Origin: Octopus bimaculoides
Lineage: Eukaryota
Direction: 5' to 3'
Assembly (NCBI RefSeq): GCF_001194135.2
Contig: NC_068988.1
Span: 78,239,822 to 78,276,023, forward strand
Length of the DNA stretch: 36,202 bases
The notes under the pieces are model-generated. The model was not told where the DNA came from and ran no database searches. It saw only the letters and a list, made by a program, of their open reading frames with translations. Below, piece after piece: positions 1 through 10,782 of the stretch. Both the position numbers and the translations under genes were made by a program. The first letter of the stretch is position 1; every line of letters starts with the position of its first letter.

Positions 1-255
1 GTATTGCAGACCATAAGATCGGTTGCATCACAGAACTCCAGCAGTCTGGTTCCCTCCTCGTTGCGGGAACCGAAGCCATAGCCTCCATGTATGCCATGGA
101 AGCCTCCAGCACGACGTCCGACATGACCGTTGAAGTCTCCAGCCACAAAGAGAAGGTCCCTGTCACTCGTCGACGAGGTAGTTTGCAAGAGGGTGTCATA
201 GAATTGGTCTTTCAGACCATCTGGTAGCCCCGGTTGGGGTGCATAGGCTGAGATG
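1..255 (-). mobile_element. RTE-clade LINE, AP-endonuclease fragment
   Basis: Minus-strand translation by eye: ISAYAPQPGLPDGLKDQFYDTLLQ...LFVAGDFNGHVG...HGGYGFGSRNEEGTRLLEFCDATDLMVCNT, containing the APE motifs YAP and GDFNGHVG; runs off the window start. Confidence 0.9.
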
Positions 256-271
256 CCAGTAGCTAATCTAT

Positions 272-420
272 GACGACGAGCTTCTTTCAGTTTCCATCTA
301 CCAAATCTACCCAAGGCTATAGTAGAAGACACTTGCCCATTGTGCCATGCAGTGGGATTGAACCTGGAACCAAGTGGTTGGTAAGCAAGCTACTGACCGC
401 ACAGCCACTCCTGTGCCTAT
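272..420 (-). mobile_element. tRNA-derived SINE (family A here), 5' part
   Basis: Reverse complement has a Pol III A-box-like TGGCTGTGCGGT and B-box GGTTCAATCCC, then GGGCAAGTGTCTTCTACTATAG; homologous to 11905-12062 and 28492-28565. Confidence 0.8.
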
Positions 421-519
421 ATGTATATATAAATATATATGTATAAATAAATATATATATACATACATATACATATATATATACACATATATATATATAT
501 ACATATATGAATATATACA

Positions 520-617
<98 letters not shown>

Positions 618-628
618 TATATACATAT
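418..628. repeat. (TA)n microsatellite
   Basis: Direct reading; one of many (TA)n/(CA)n tracts, several flanking assembly gaps. Confidence 0.95.
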
Positions 629-629
629 T

Positions 630-2345
630 TAAATAAAAAGATAAGCAACAACAGGAAATTTGATGCTATAACAAATAGGAATTTTAGTTTAGATAATAAG
701 GGGAGTGAAGGGAATGGGCAGGTTGCCCTACCCTATAAGGATACGAAAAATACTGGTAATAGAGACATACCTAATAACCAAGCCACGATTTTGAAAGGGG
801 TTGAGAGAACAGATAGATTCCACCCTTACATGCGCCTTAAGTCTGAAAATAAGGACTTGATCTGGTATAATGTTCCCTTCAACTGTGCCATATCCATAAA
901 TATATGAGAAATTTATGACAATTTTAGAAAAAACTTCCCTGCTTCCCATAAATATAAAAGAATTTTTCCCCGTAAGACAGTTAGAATCTCATACTCTACT
1001 CTCCCTAATATGGATACCATCACAGCAAGGTTAAATAGAAAGAATATTAAATTAGCAAGAGGTAGTGCAGTAATAATAATGTTAATGTCAACACTAACTT
1101 AAACCCCTACTATCATCATCATCATCATCGTTTAACGTCCGCTTTCCATGCTAGCATGGGTTGGACGATTTGACTGAGGACTGGTGAAACCGGATGGCAA
1201 CACCAGGCTCCAGTCTGATTTGGCAGAGTTTCTACAGCTGGATGCCCTTCCTAACGCCAACCACTCAGAGAGTGTAGTGGGTGCTTTTACGTGTCACCCG
1301 CACGAAAACGGCCACGCTCGAAATGGTGTCTTTTATGTGCCACCCGCACAAGCCAGTCCAGGGGCACTGGCAACGATCTTACTTGGCTTGCCGGGTCTTC
1401 TCACGCACAGCACATTTCCAAAGGTCTCGGTCAGTAGTCATCGCCTCGGTGAGGCCCAATGTACGAAGGTCTTGCCTCACCACCTCAGCCCAGGTCTTCC
1501 TGGGCCTACCTCTTCCACGGGTTCCCTCAACTGTTAGGGTGTGGCACTTTTTCACGCAGCTATCCTCCTCCATTCTCACCACATGTCCATACCAGCGCAA
1601 TCGTCTCTCTTGCACGCCACAACTGATGCTTCTAATGTTCAGGTGAATAATAATATTAATGGTTACATAGAAAATAGAAACAGCGGTACTAATGCTTCTA
1701 ATATATACAATAGAGACTATGGCTCTGAGGTTCATACTAGTACAGGGACTACTGATACGCCTGATGATGCTGGGATGAATGTGAATGATACGACAACTGA
1801 AGGATGGAGAGATAATACCAGATATGAAAATAACACATACAATAGTAGGATTAATATTAATACTAATATTAATAATAATAATGGTATAAACACCAATAAT
1901 ATTAATAGTGGTAATTCTCGTAGTTGCAATTGTAGGGTTAAATCCACACTCTGTTATTAGGCCAATGTCTAACCCAAAACGTAGTCTATAAGTGTACAAT
2001 CACAACTGTAGCTGGTAACTTTGTATACACAGGATGTTCAATAAATAGGAAAAACATATCAATAACCATTTTTCATCTATTAGGCTCAAACTTAAGGCCA
2101 ATTGTATGTCCTTATCTAGCAAGATTTGGGAAATGAAGAAAGAGGAATTGAATTTAGCCTTAAATGGGATATTATAAGGAAAGCGCAGCCTTATAGAGAT
2201 AGTTGGTACGGGTGTGAGCTGTGCTCTATGGAAACTTAGTAAATTTTTAAGTATAGGGACAAGAGCAACTTGGTTAATAATAGATTAGACCTAAGGGTAG
2301 TATGCATACACTGGGTCACATGTACACTTAGATTTTATCAAAATT
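630..2345 (+). mobile_element. Penelope-like element (Neptune-type) relic: post-RT region, Asn-rich linker and GIY-YIG endonuclease, interrupted by an RTE insertion
   Basis: LIWYNVPFN...NFPASHKYKRIFPRKTVRISYSTLPNMD (~860-1010) matches the PLE W(Y/F)NPP...SYSxMPN block. After the insertion: SCNCR...LLGQCLTQNVVYKCTITTVAGNFVYTGC (GIY-YIG, ~1920-2040) and SLSSKIWEMK...LKWDIIRKAQPY...CELCSME; several stops and frameshifts. Confidence 0.8.
1111..1641 (-). mobile_element. 5'-truncated RTE LINE 3' end with (GAT)n tail, nested in the PLE
   Basis: ORF 1379..1999 ends VQERRLRWYGHVVRMEEDSCVKKC...EGTRGRGRPRKTWAEVVRQDL..MTTDRDLWK (RTE C-terminus); (CAT)n tail at 1111-1129; same 3'UTR at 5686 and 34050. 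Confidence 0.9.
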
Positions 2346-2559
2346 AGCGCTTATAGGTGCTGCACTTAAACCTAGATAAGGGAATTAATTTTAGTGTTGT
2401 AAATGATGTGAACTTACCCCCTAGTATTGTATACAATAAGTTATATATATTTTCTTACTATTCTCTATAATTTCTTATTATTGCATTTTCTTATGTTGAT
2501 ACCTTTACCTATTAACCTCTTATGTCTTACAAGTTATTAATGTTCTTAAAGAAAAATAT

Positions 2560-2806
2560 AAACTTATATAGGAAATTTATGACAACTTTAGAAAAAAAAC
2601 TTTCCTGCTTCCCATAGATACAACAGAATTGTTTCTTGTAAGACAGTTAGAATCTCATACTCTACTCTCCCTAATGTGGATACCATCATAGCAAGGTTAA
2701 ATAGAAAGAATATTAAATTAGCAAGACATAGTAATAATAATGCTAATGTCAATACTGACTTAAACCCCTAAGATTTGGGAACTGAAGGAAAGAGGAATCA
2801 AATTTA
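2560..2806 (+). mobile_element. Partial internally deleted duplicate of the adjacent PLE
   Basis: 2560-2770 closely matches 897-1109; 2771-2806 matches 2122-2156. Confidence 0.8.
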
Positions 2807-3160
2807 ACCCCCTTTACGCAACCTCCTTTATAGACAATTACTTACACATTTTCTAAATCCTGACAATATTTATGACCATGCTCAACCATAAACTGCCAAG
2901 TAACTCCATCTATCCATTCTAAATAGACACTGTCCTCTAGTCTTAGATTTGGTAGTTGAGAAAAATGACTAATAAATTAAAAATGAACCACAATCTGTTA
3001 CAAGCTATGACCCCAACAAACTTCATACAGTTCTTAGAAGTGTAGTTTATTTTGAGCTACATTAGTAGCAACATGCACTTTTTCCCTCTTCTTGCATTAT
3101 AAGAGAATTTAAGTAGAATTATATTAATGTGTCCAACTGATTAAAAAATTCTAATTATTT

Positions 3161-3250
3161 ATGCAGCTGAGGATAGCCCTGCATTTAAATTGATGCAATA
3201 ATTGCATTGTACAATTAAATGGATCCACTTAAAATTGTCGTATGGCATCA
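3161..3250 (+). ncRNA. Degenerate type I hammerhead-ribozyme-like motif in a PLE terminal region (copy 1)
   Basis: ATGCAG-CTGAGGA-...long hairpin...-AAAAT TGTC GTA-TGGCAT; GAAA box mutated; homologous to 35579-35666 with flanks homologous over ~170 bp. Confidence 0.55.
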
Positions 3251-3309
3251 CCTCTTGCTATTCTGTTGCTTATTTTGATTATATATATATATATATAGAT
3301 ATAAAGTGT

Positions 3310-3446
3310 AGTATATTGCCACTTAAGTGTGGCTGACCCCTAGGGGTGGATGTTACTGTTGCTTTTAGCCCCAGGAGGACATCTCCTCCAGCTGGCTTAT
3401 CGACACACGACTGTGTCCTGTTTGCCAAGGGAGTTATCCCTCTCAC
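3310..3446 (-). mobile_element. Probable CR1-type LINE 3' end
   Basis: Homologous to 17590-17720, which is contiguous with a CR1-like RT fragment; truncated by the gap. Confidence 0.5.
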
Positions 3447-4327
3447 NNNNNNNNNNNNNNNNNNNNNNNNNNNNNNNNNNNNNNNNNNNNNNNNNNNNNN
3501 NNNNNNNNNNNNNNNNNNNNNNNNNNNNNNNNNNNNNNNNNNNNNNNNNNNNNNNNNNNNNNNNNNNNNNNNNNNNNNNNNNNNNNNNNNNNNNNNNNNN
3601 NNNNNNNNNNNNNNNNNNNNNNNNNNNNNNNNNNNNNNNNNNNNNNNNNNNNNNNNNNNNNNNNNNNNNNNNNNNNNNNNNNNNNNNNNNNNNNNNNNNN
3701 NNNNNNNNNNNNNNNNNNNNNNNNNNNNNNNNNNNNNNNNNNNNNNNNNNNNNNNNNNNNNNNNNNNNNNNNNNNNNNNNNNNNNNNNNNNNNNNNNNNN
3801 NNNNNNNNNNNNNNNNNNNNNNNNNNNNNNNNNNNNNNNNNNNNNNNNNNNNNNNNNNNNNNNNNNNNNNNNNNNNNNNNNNNNNNNNNNNNNNNNNNNN
3901 NNNNNNNNNNNNNNNNNNNNNNNNNNNNNNNNNNNNNNNNNNNNNNNNNNNNNNNNNNNNNNNNNNNNNNNNNNNNNNNNNNNNNNNNNNNNNNNNNNNN
4001 NNNNNNNNNNNNNNNNNNNNNNNNNNNNNNNNNNNNNNNNNNNNNNNNNNNNNNNNNNNNNNNNNNNNNNNNNNNNNNNNNNNNNNNNNNNNNNNNNNNN
4101 NNNNNNNNNNNNNNNNNNNNNNNNNNNNNNNNNNNNNNNNNNNNNNNNNNNNNNNNNNNNNNNNNNNNNNNNNNNNNNNNNNNNNNNNNNNNNNNNNNNN
4201 NNNNNNNNNNNNNNNNNNNNNNNNNNNNNNNNNNNNNNNNNNNNNNNNNNNNNNNNNNNNNNNNNNNNNNNNNNNNNNNNNNNNNNNNNNNNNNNNNNNN
4301 NNNNNNNNNNNNNNNNNNNNNNNNNNN
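3447..4327. other. Assembly gap (N run); others at 5052-5370, 7134-7362, 8770-9011, 10783-11625, 16343-16442
   Basis: N runs, most bordered by (TA)n. Confidence 1.
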
Positions 4328-5011
4328 ATATCAACTTACAAGAGATGCTGCAGCAACTGCTGCAGTGCGTGGTTTGGAGACTACAGGGAAAGACAACAAC
4401 GGATGTTGCTCTATGCAGCAAACAGAAAAACATCATGTAACCATACCCTTGTCACCTTATTTATTTCATAAGCATATGCTCTCTGTTAAGTATGCTCTCT
4501 GTTAAGTGCCCCTAATTGTGAGTTAGGCTACAGATTCTATACTTTTCATCTTTTTTGCTCGGGCCACACGTCAAATTGTTTGTTCAGTTAATGTTGTATG
4601 TGCAACCCAGCAAAACAGCAAGTAAACATGCTATTTCACTTTATGTCATATCTTTAGGCTCAACCTTTCCATCTGCTAAACAGCACATGTCAGCAGGTAA
4701 GGAATATAAACTCATTTACTGCCGGTTTTTTACAGATTGCCCTACTGTCCCAATGGAAAACAAAGACAATGGTGTGGGCTTATGACTCTGCATGTTCACT
4801 ATTGCACTAAATAAATCAAATAACACAGGGAACATCTTCCATTATGATTTCTTTCATTCAGTTAAGAGGTGCATCCATGCATGGTCTAATAACTAAAGAG
4901 ACATACTTCAAAAGCAACCCCATGAAAGGCTGGGCACACCTGCTAGTATATATATATAAATACATATATATATATACATATGAAAACATATATTTGTATA
5001 TATGTCAATAC

Positions 5012-5051
<40 letters not shown>

Positions 5052-5370
5052 NNNNNNNNNNNNNNNNNNNNNNNNNNNNNNNNNNNNNNNNNNNNNNNNN
5101 NNNNNNNNNNNNNNNNNNNNNNNNNNNNNNNNNNNNNNNNNNNNNNNNNNNNNNNNNNNNNNNNNNNNNNNNNNNNNNNNNNNNNNNNNNNNNNNNNNNN
5201 NNNNNNNNNNNNNNNNNNNNNNNNNNNNNNNNNNNNNNNNNNNNNNNNNNNNNNNNNNNNNNNNNNNNNNNNNNNNNNNNNNNNNNNNNNNNNNNNNNNN
5301 NNNNNNNNNNNNNNNNNNNNNNNNNNNNNNNNNNNNNNNNNNNNNNNNNNNNNNNNNNNNNNNNNNNNNN

Positions 5371-5399
<29 letters not shown>

Positions 5400-5402
<3 letters not shown>

Positions 5403-5632
5403 CCCAGCATCGCCTTTCTGGCACTTGTGCCCGCGGCATGTCTAAGGACTTTCGAGCGAGATCGTTGCCAGTGTCCCTGGACTGGCTCTTGTACGGGTGG
5501 CACATAAAATACACCATTTTGAGCGTGGCCGTTGCCAGTATCGCCTGACTGGCCTTCGTAGGATATTCGAGCGAGATCATTGCCAGTGCCCCTGGACTTG
5601 CTCTTGTGCAGGTGGCACATAAAATACACCAT
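5400..5632 (+). mobile_element. RTE 3'UTR-derived fragment with internal tandem modules
   Basis: Two copies of CGAGCGAGATC(G/A)TTGCCAGTG(T/C)CCCTGGACT...GGTGGCACATAAAATACACCAT, the reverse complement of 1310-1380. Confidence 0.75.
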
Positions 5633-5685
5633 ATATATATATAATATAAATACACACATACACATGTATATATGAATACATACAT

Positions 5686-6945
5686 CATCATCATCATCAT
5701 TGTTTAACGTCTGCTTTCCATGCTGGCATGGATTGGACGGTTTGGCTGGGGTCTGGGAGGCCAGGAGGCTGCACCATGCCCCAATCTGATCTGGCAGTGT
5801 TTCTACAGCTGGATGCCCTTCCTAATGCCAACCACTCTGAGAGTGTAGTGGGTGCTTTTTACGTGCCAGCAGCACACGGGCCAGAGGAGCTGGCATCGAC
5901 CACGATTGGATAGTGCTTTATACATGCCACCGGCACGCAAGGCAGTCAAAGCAGCACTGGCATCAGCAATATTTGGATCGTCCTTTTTATGTGCTACCGA
6001 CACGGGGCTCACAACTACAAATTCCATTTGATTTTGGTTTTGATGTACTTGACTCCGTCTACCCAGAATTCCATTGTTTGGGAGTGACACTTCTTCACAC
6101 AGCTCTCCTCACCCATCTGCAGTACATGACCAAACCAACGCAAATGTCTCTCTTGCACGCCACATCCGATGTTTCTTATGTCTAACATTTCTCTCAGGGT
6201 GCTTTCACTCTGTTGTATGTGCACACTGACATTACACATCCAGCGGATCATGCTAGCTTCATTTTTTTCCAGCCTACACAGGTCTTCTGCAGTCACAGCC
6301 CATGTTTCACTGCCGTGAAGTGTGTAAGTTTGCACACATGCATCATACAATCTACCTTTCACTCTGAGCCAGAGGCCCTTTGTCACCAGTAGGAGTAGAA
6401 CCTTTCTGCATTTTGTCCAGGCTATTCTTATTCTAGTGACAACATTCTCTGAGCTTCCACCCCCACTACAGACTTGGTCATCTAGGTAGCAGATGCTATC
6501 AGCTACTTCTAGTTTCTGCCCCCTGGCATGTAATGGAGTCTGTTTTCTGAGCATCTGTGGTGTTAATTGCACCTGTGCATCTGCTGCACGTGAAAGCTAT
6601 CTTCCTGGTTAATCTTCCTTTGATGTTGCTGCGCCTCTTATGGGTCCATAGCTTACACTGGGTGCATCTTATGGAGTTTCTACCTACACTTTTTCTTCAG
6701 ATCGAGCAGGTCCATCTACCTGTAGGGGTGTGTGATGTGTTCACCTTCCTATTTACTAGAACTTTGGTCTTTGCAACATTGACTCTAACGCCCTTTGATT
6801 CTAAACCTTGCTTCCAAACGTGAAGCTTCTTCTCTAGTTCTAGTAGTGATTCTGCTATGAGGGCCAGGTCATCAGCATAGAGGAGCTCCCAGGGGCAACA
6901 TATCTTGAATTCCTCTGTTATTGCCTGGAGGACTATGATCAATTA
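5686..6945 (-). mobile_element. RTE LINE, RT C-terminal half plus 3'UTR, decayed
   Basis: WELLYADDLALIAES...GLESKGVRVNVAKTKVL; YLDDQVCSGGG...RIRIAWTK...KGRLYDACV...LHGSETWA...RWMC...RWFGHV; (CAT)n tail at 5686-5700. Confidence 0.9.
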
Positions 6946-7419
6946 GAAGGAGCTGAGGGCTGATCAATTAGAGGGAGCTGAAGGCTGACACCTATTTCTA
7001 CCCGGAATTCTTCACTATACTCATTTCCAACCCTAACTCTACTAACGCCATCTCTGTATAGGACCTGTACAGCTCTTATTAACCTATATCAATACACATA
7101 TATATGTGTGTGTGTGTATATATATACATATATNNNNNNNNNNNNNNNNNNNNNNNNNNNNNNNNNNNNNNNNNNNNNNNNNNNNNNNNNNNNNNNNNNN
7201 NNNNNNNNNNNNNNNNNNNNNNNNNNNNNNNNNNNNNNNNNNNNNNNNNNNNNNNNNNNNNNNNNNNNNNNNNNNNNNNNNNNNNNNNNNNNNNNNNNNN
7301 NNNNNNNNNNNNNNNNNNNNNNNNNNNNNNNNNNNNNNNNNNNNNNNNNNNNNNNNNNNNNNTATATGATTTGATTTGATTTGATCTAGTCTTTGCTCAT
7401 GAGCTGTGGCCGTGCTAGA

Positions 7420-8655
7420 GCACCGCCATTTTGTGTTGCTACATAATTTTACTTCACAGATGCTTTTTAGGAATTGACATTTGGTGCATGAGGGACTTTG
7501 ATGCTGCTGCCCTTATCTGCACCTCGTGCTATGAAGTTGGCTCGTCTTGGACACTCGACAGAAAGAGTTCCAGTTATATTTTGAAAACATCTACATCCAC
7601 CCCATGCACGTTTCTCAGGTCCTTCGGAAGGATATTGAAGAGCTGTGAACTTCTGAAACCCAGGCTATTGCATTATCTTGTCCTACATCTTGATGGTAAA
7701 TTTGGAGTTCTTGGCACTATGCAGTGGCGTCCAGTTCTTTTATTTGTGTAACTCTTGATGCCAAAGTTTGAAACAAGTCCTTCCAGGATCTTCGAGATGT
7801 ATATTATCGCATATCTTTCTCGCCTACGCTCTAAGGAATAGAGTCTTAATCTCTTGAGTCTTTCCCAGTATTTTATATGCTGCATAGAGGCTATCTTCTT
7901 CGTGTAGCTTCATTGGATTGCCATAAGTTCTTAGGGTAAGTGTCCTCCAGAGGACCATCATGATCTCTTGTTCTAAAAGTTGTAAGAATCCATCTGGTCA
8001 GCCGCCTGCATTTCATTGCCAATTTAGCGACATGCACATGAAAGGATGCATCATTACTCATGTAAATGCCCAGGTCTCGCACTGACTGTGCCTCTGGGAT
8101 TGCAGTCCCTCCAGGTCCAGTGTATTTAATGGGTATTGCATTTAGTTTTGCATGCTGATAGCACAAGGCTTGCAACATTTCAGCATTAAACTGCATGCTT
8201 TCTTTTCAGCCCACTTGTATATTTCATCCAGCTCACATTGCAGGCGCATAGTGTCTTCAGGGTTCTGTATTACCTGTGAGACTTATGTATCATCTGCATA
8301 ACTTGTGATCACGGCTCTCTGTGTGGCTGAGGGCATGTCTTAAAGGGCCATTTTGAATAGTAGTGGTTCCAAAACAGTGCCTTGCAAGACACCACTCACT
8401 ATTTCCGTGTCATTGGAGGTGGCCCCATTGGCTACTACCACCTTCAGAAAGTCATGAAGCCATTCTCCCAGTTTTCTGACTATACTGAGAGCACGCAGTT
8501 TATGACATATCATTCTATGATCGACTTTTCAAAGTCGAGATATATCACTTCCACATTTGAGTGTTTGAGAATCTGCTTCAGCACCCAGTCATAGTGTTGT
8601 GAGAGCTGAGTCAGGCAGCTACTTCTTGGTCGGAAACCATGTTGGGTTTCAGCCA
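7420..8655 (-). mobile_element. CR1-clade LINE RT domain to 3' end, pseudogenised
   Basis: Minus strand: QHGFRPRSSCLTQL..HYD..VIYLDF...SGVLQGTVLEPLLF...SYADDT...DLGIYMSNDASF...YWERLKRLRLYSLERRRERY. Confidence 0.9.
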
Positions 8656-9030
8656 GCAAGTTATTTTCTTCAAGGAAGGTGATTAGATAAACTTACTTGG
8701 GAATGGATGCATGCCATTCAATCAAATAATAATATAAATTGAATATATATATATGCATGTATTTATATANNNNNNNNNNNNNNNNNNNNNNNNNNNNNNN
8801 NNNNNNNNNNNNNNNNNNNNNNNNNNNNNNNNNNNNNNNNNNNNNNNNNNNNNNNNNNNNNNNNNNNNNNNNNNNNNNNNNNNNNNNNNNNNNNNNNNNN
8901 NNNNNNNNNNNNNNNNNNNNNNNNNNNNNNNNNNNNNNNNNNNNNNNNNNNNNNNNNNNNNNNNNNNNNNNNNNNNNNNNNNNNNNNNNNNNNNNNNNNN
9001 NNNNNNNNNNNTATATATATATATATATAA

Positions 9031-9070
9031 GCCATGCTAGCATGGAAAGCGGACATTAAACGATGATGAT
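9031..9070 (+). mobile_element. RTE 3' terminal tag
   Basis: CATGCTAGCATGGAAAGCGGACATTAAACGATGATGAT is the reverse complement of 1120-1160. Confidence 0.75.
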
Positions 9071-9084
9071 ATATATATATGAAT

Positions 9085-9275
9085 GTAACAACTTGTGAAT
9101 TGTTGGCGATTTTTTTCCTGTCTTCTTTTCCTATTGGACTGTTTCTGAAGAAGAGCTCTGCTCAAAACGTAAAACCACCTCTCTTTCCTTCCCTAAGTAT
9201 CTGCTAATACTTTACATGTGCCATGTCCTTGTGTTGCTTTTTGTGTTTGTTCCTCATCTTTTTGGGATTTACTAT
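9085..9275 (+). mobile_element. PLE-like terminal (pLTR) segment with minimal hammerhead-like core
   Basis: GTTT-CTGAAGA-A-GAGC-TCT-GCTC-AAAAC-GTA-AAAC at 9141-9175; a related degenerate motif lies on the opposite strand at ~9395-9430. Confidence 0.5.
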
Positions 9276-9329
9276 ATATATATATATGAATACATATACA
9301 TATACATATATATAGTTGAAATTTACAGA

Positions 9330-10782
9330 AAAAGAAAACATGAAGGCAGGTGTATGAACAACAAGCAGGTGTATTAGTTTGACACTCGAGAAAGTGAGAA
9401 AGTTTTTACGTTTTGACCCTATGCAGAAAGCAATAAGAGAAATTAAATACAGAGAAAAAATGTGGACTTGGTGAACAAGCATGGCAGCTGGTTGGAAAAA
9501 AAAGTTTTGACAGGCAAGGTAGGAAAAAGGGGAGATAATAAAGTATTTGTGATCCCAAAATGAAGGTGCGTGTGTGTGCGTGTATGTGAGAATGTGTAAA
9601 TGTGTGTGTGTGTGTAGGGGCTGGTGACTTTGACGCGTGGATGTGTACATGTGTAATTGTGTGCGACTTTAATATGTGAGTGTGTAGATGATTGTGTGCC
9701 TGTGCAGATGATGTGTGGATGTGCAGATGATAGAGTGTGGTGTGGGTGCTGGGAAGTAGTCAGTGCCAGTATGTGTGGAGTGGTGTGGCATGGTGCAGTG
9801 GTTTGTGGTGTGGCATGGTGCAGTGGTTTGTGGTGTGGCATGGTGCAGTGGTTTGTGGTGTGAGGGTGTGGGAGTGGGCATGTGGTATCTGTGGGGGTTT
9901 GGGTGGGGATGTGGGAGTGGGGGCTTGGGTGTGTGTGGAGGGGTATCAATGAAGAGAGAAGGTGGGTAGGAGTGAAGAGAGGAAGTAGGTGTTAATGAAG
10001 AGAGGACAGGAGGGGAGTCAGACGAAGAGAGGAGGGGACTTGAGCCCATGTGGTGCAAAGGAGCAAAGAGAGAAGATTAATTTCTCTTCATGGTGAAGGT
10101 GGGAGTCCGGCTGGCTCCTGTGCAAAGATAATCTGAACACATCTGTGTTGTAGTGAATGACCAGTAGAACAGAAATGGTGTGAGACCAGGGTGTCATTGC
10201 CAAATTTGATGTCTTGGAGGTGCTCTGTGAACTGGTCAGCCAAATGGCAACCTGTTTGACTGATGTACAGAGAAGGGCAGAAAGAGCAAGAGATGCAGTA
10301 AATGACGTTGCTAGAAATGCAGGTAAAGGAGTCAGTGATATGATAGGCATGATGAGAGGTGGTGTTGGAAAGGTAGGGGCAAGTGTGGAAGTGTGGGCAG
10401 GAACAGGAGAATGAGCCAGGTTGTGAGTTAGGGAAGAAAAATGTGGACCAAGAGGTTACGTAGGTTGTGGGCTCATTTGAAGGAGAGAACAGGCAGGCTG
10501 GGGAAGTTGTACAAGGTGTAGGGGTCAGACTAGAGTGTAGCCGGAAGGCCTGGAGAATGGTGCATTGGAGGGGCGGGGGAGGGGTGGTAGGTGAGTGGAA
10601 ACAAGAGACAAGCAATGGCAGGGTGGGTGCAGGGAGACAGAGCAGTGACATGCTTCACGAGACATGCTCTGGCAAGGGCGATGTGGATAGTGGTGAGGGG
10701 ATATCCATGAAGGATGAAGTGATGAGCCATGAGTTGAGACTGTGTCTCAAAGTCATGGTTGTCACCACAGATCCTGCGCACA
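9330..10782 (-). mobile_element. Penelope-like element 3' part (GIY-YIG domain plus CA-rich 3' region)
   Basis: ORF 10088..10651: ITDSFTCISSNVIYCISCSFCPSLYISQTGCHLADQFTEHLQDIK...VSHHFCSTGHS, the typical PLE GIY-YIG with CxxC; cut by the gap at 10783. Confidence 0.85.
9781..9862. repeat. 25-bp minisatellite, 3 copies plus partial
   Basis: TGGTGTGGCATGGTGCAGTGGTTTG at 9781, 9806 and 9831. Confidence 0.9.

Noticed and set aside
307-907. YIYIYI-type ORFs here and at 13690-14092, 18499-19208 and similar
   Set aside because: Translations of (TA)n/(CA)n microsatellites, which lack stops in some frames.
1541-1960. Standalone Asn-rich gene
   Set aside because: It starts inside the antisense RTE insertion and is in frame with the PLE CNCR motif, so it is part of the retroelement.
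4330-4440. Cys-containing open stretch after the gap
   Set aside because: No recognisable motif or splice context in any frame; the upstream part is lost in the gap.
9781-9862. CRISPR-like repeats
   Set aside because: Head-to-tail copies with no spacers, in a eukaryotic context with no cas genes; the same applies to 27045-27200.
9443-10058. His/Thr/Pro-rich or Cys/Trp/Val-rich ORFs
   Set aside because: Translations of the CA/TG-rich minisatellite region of the PLE.
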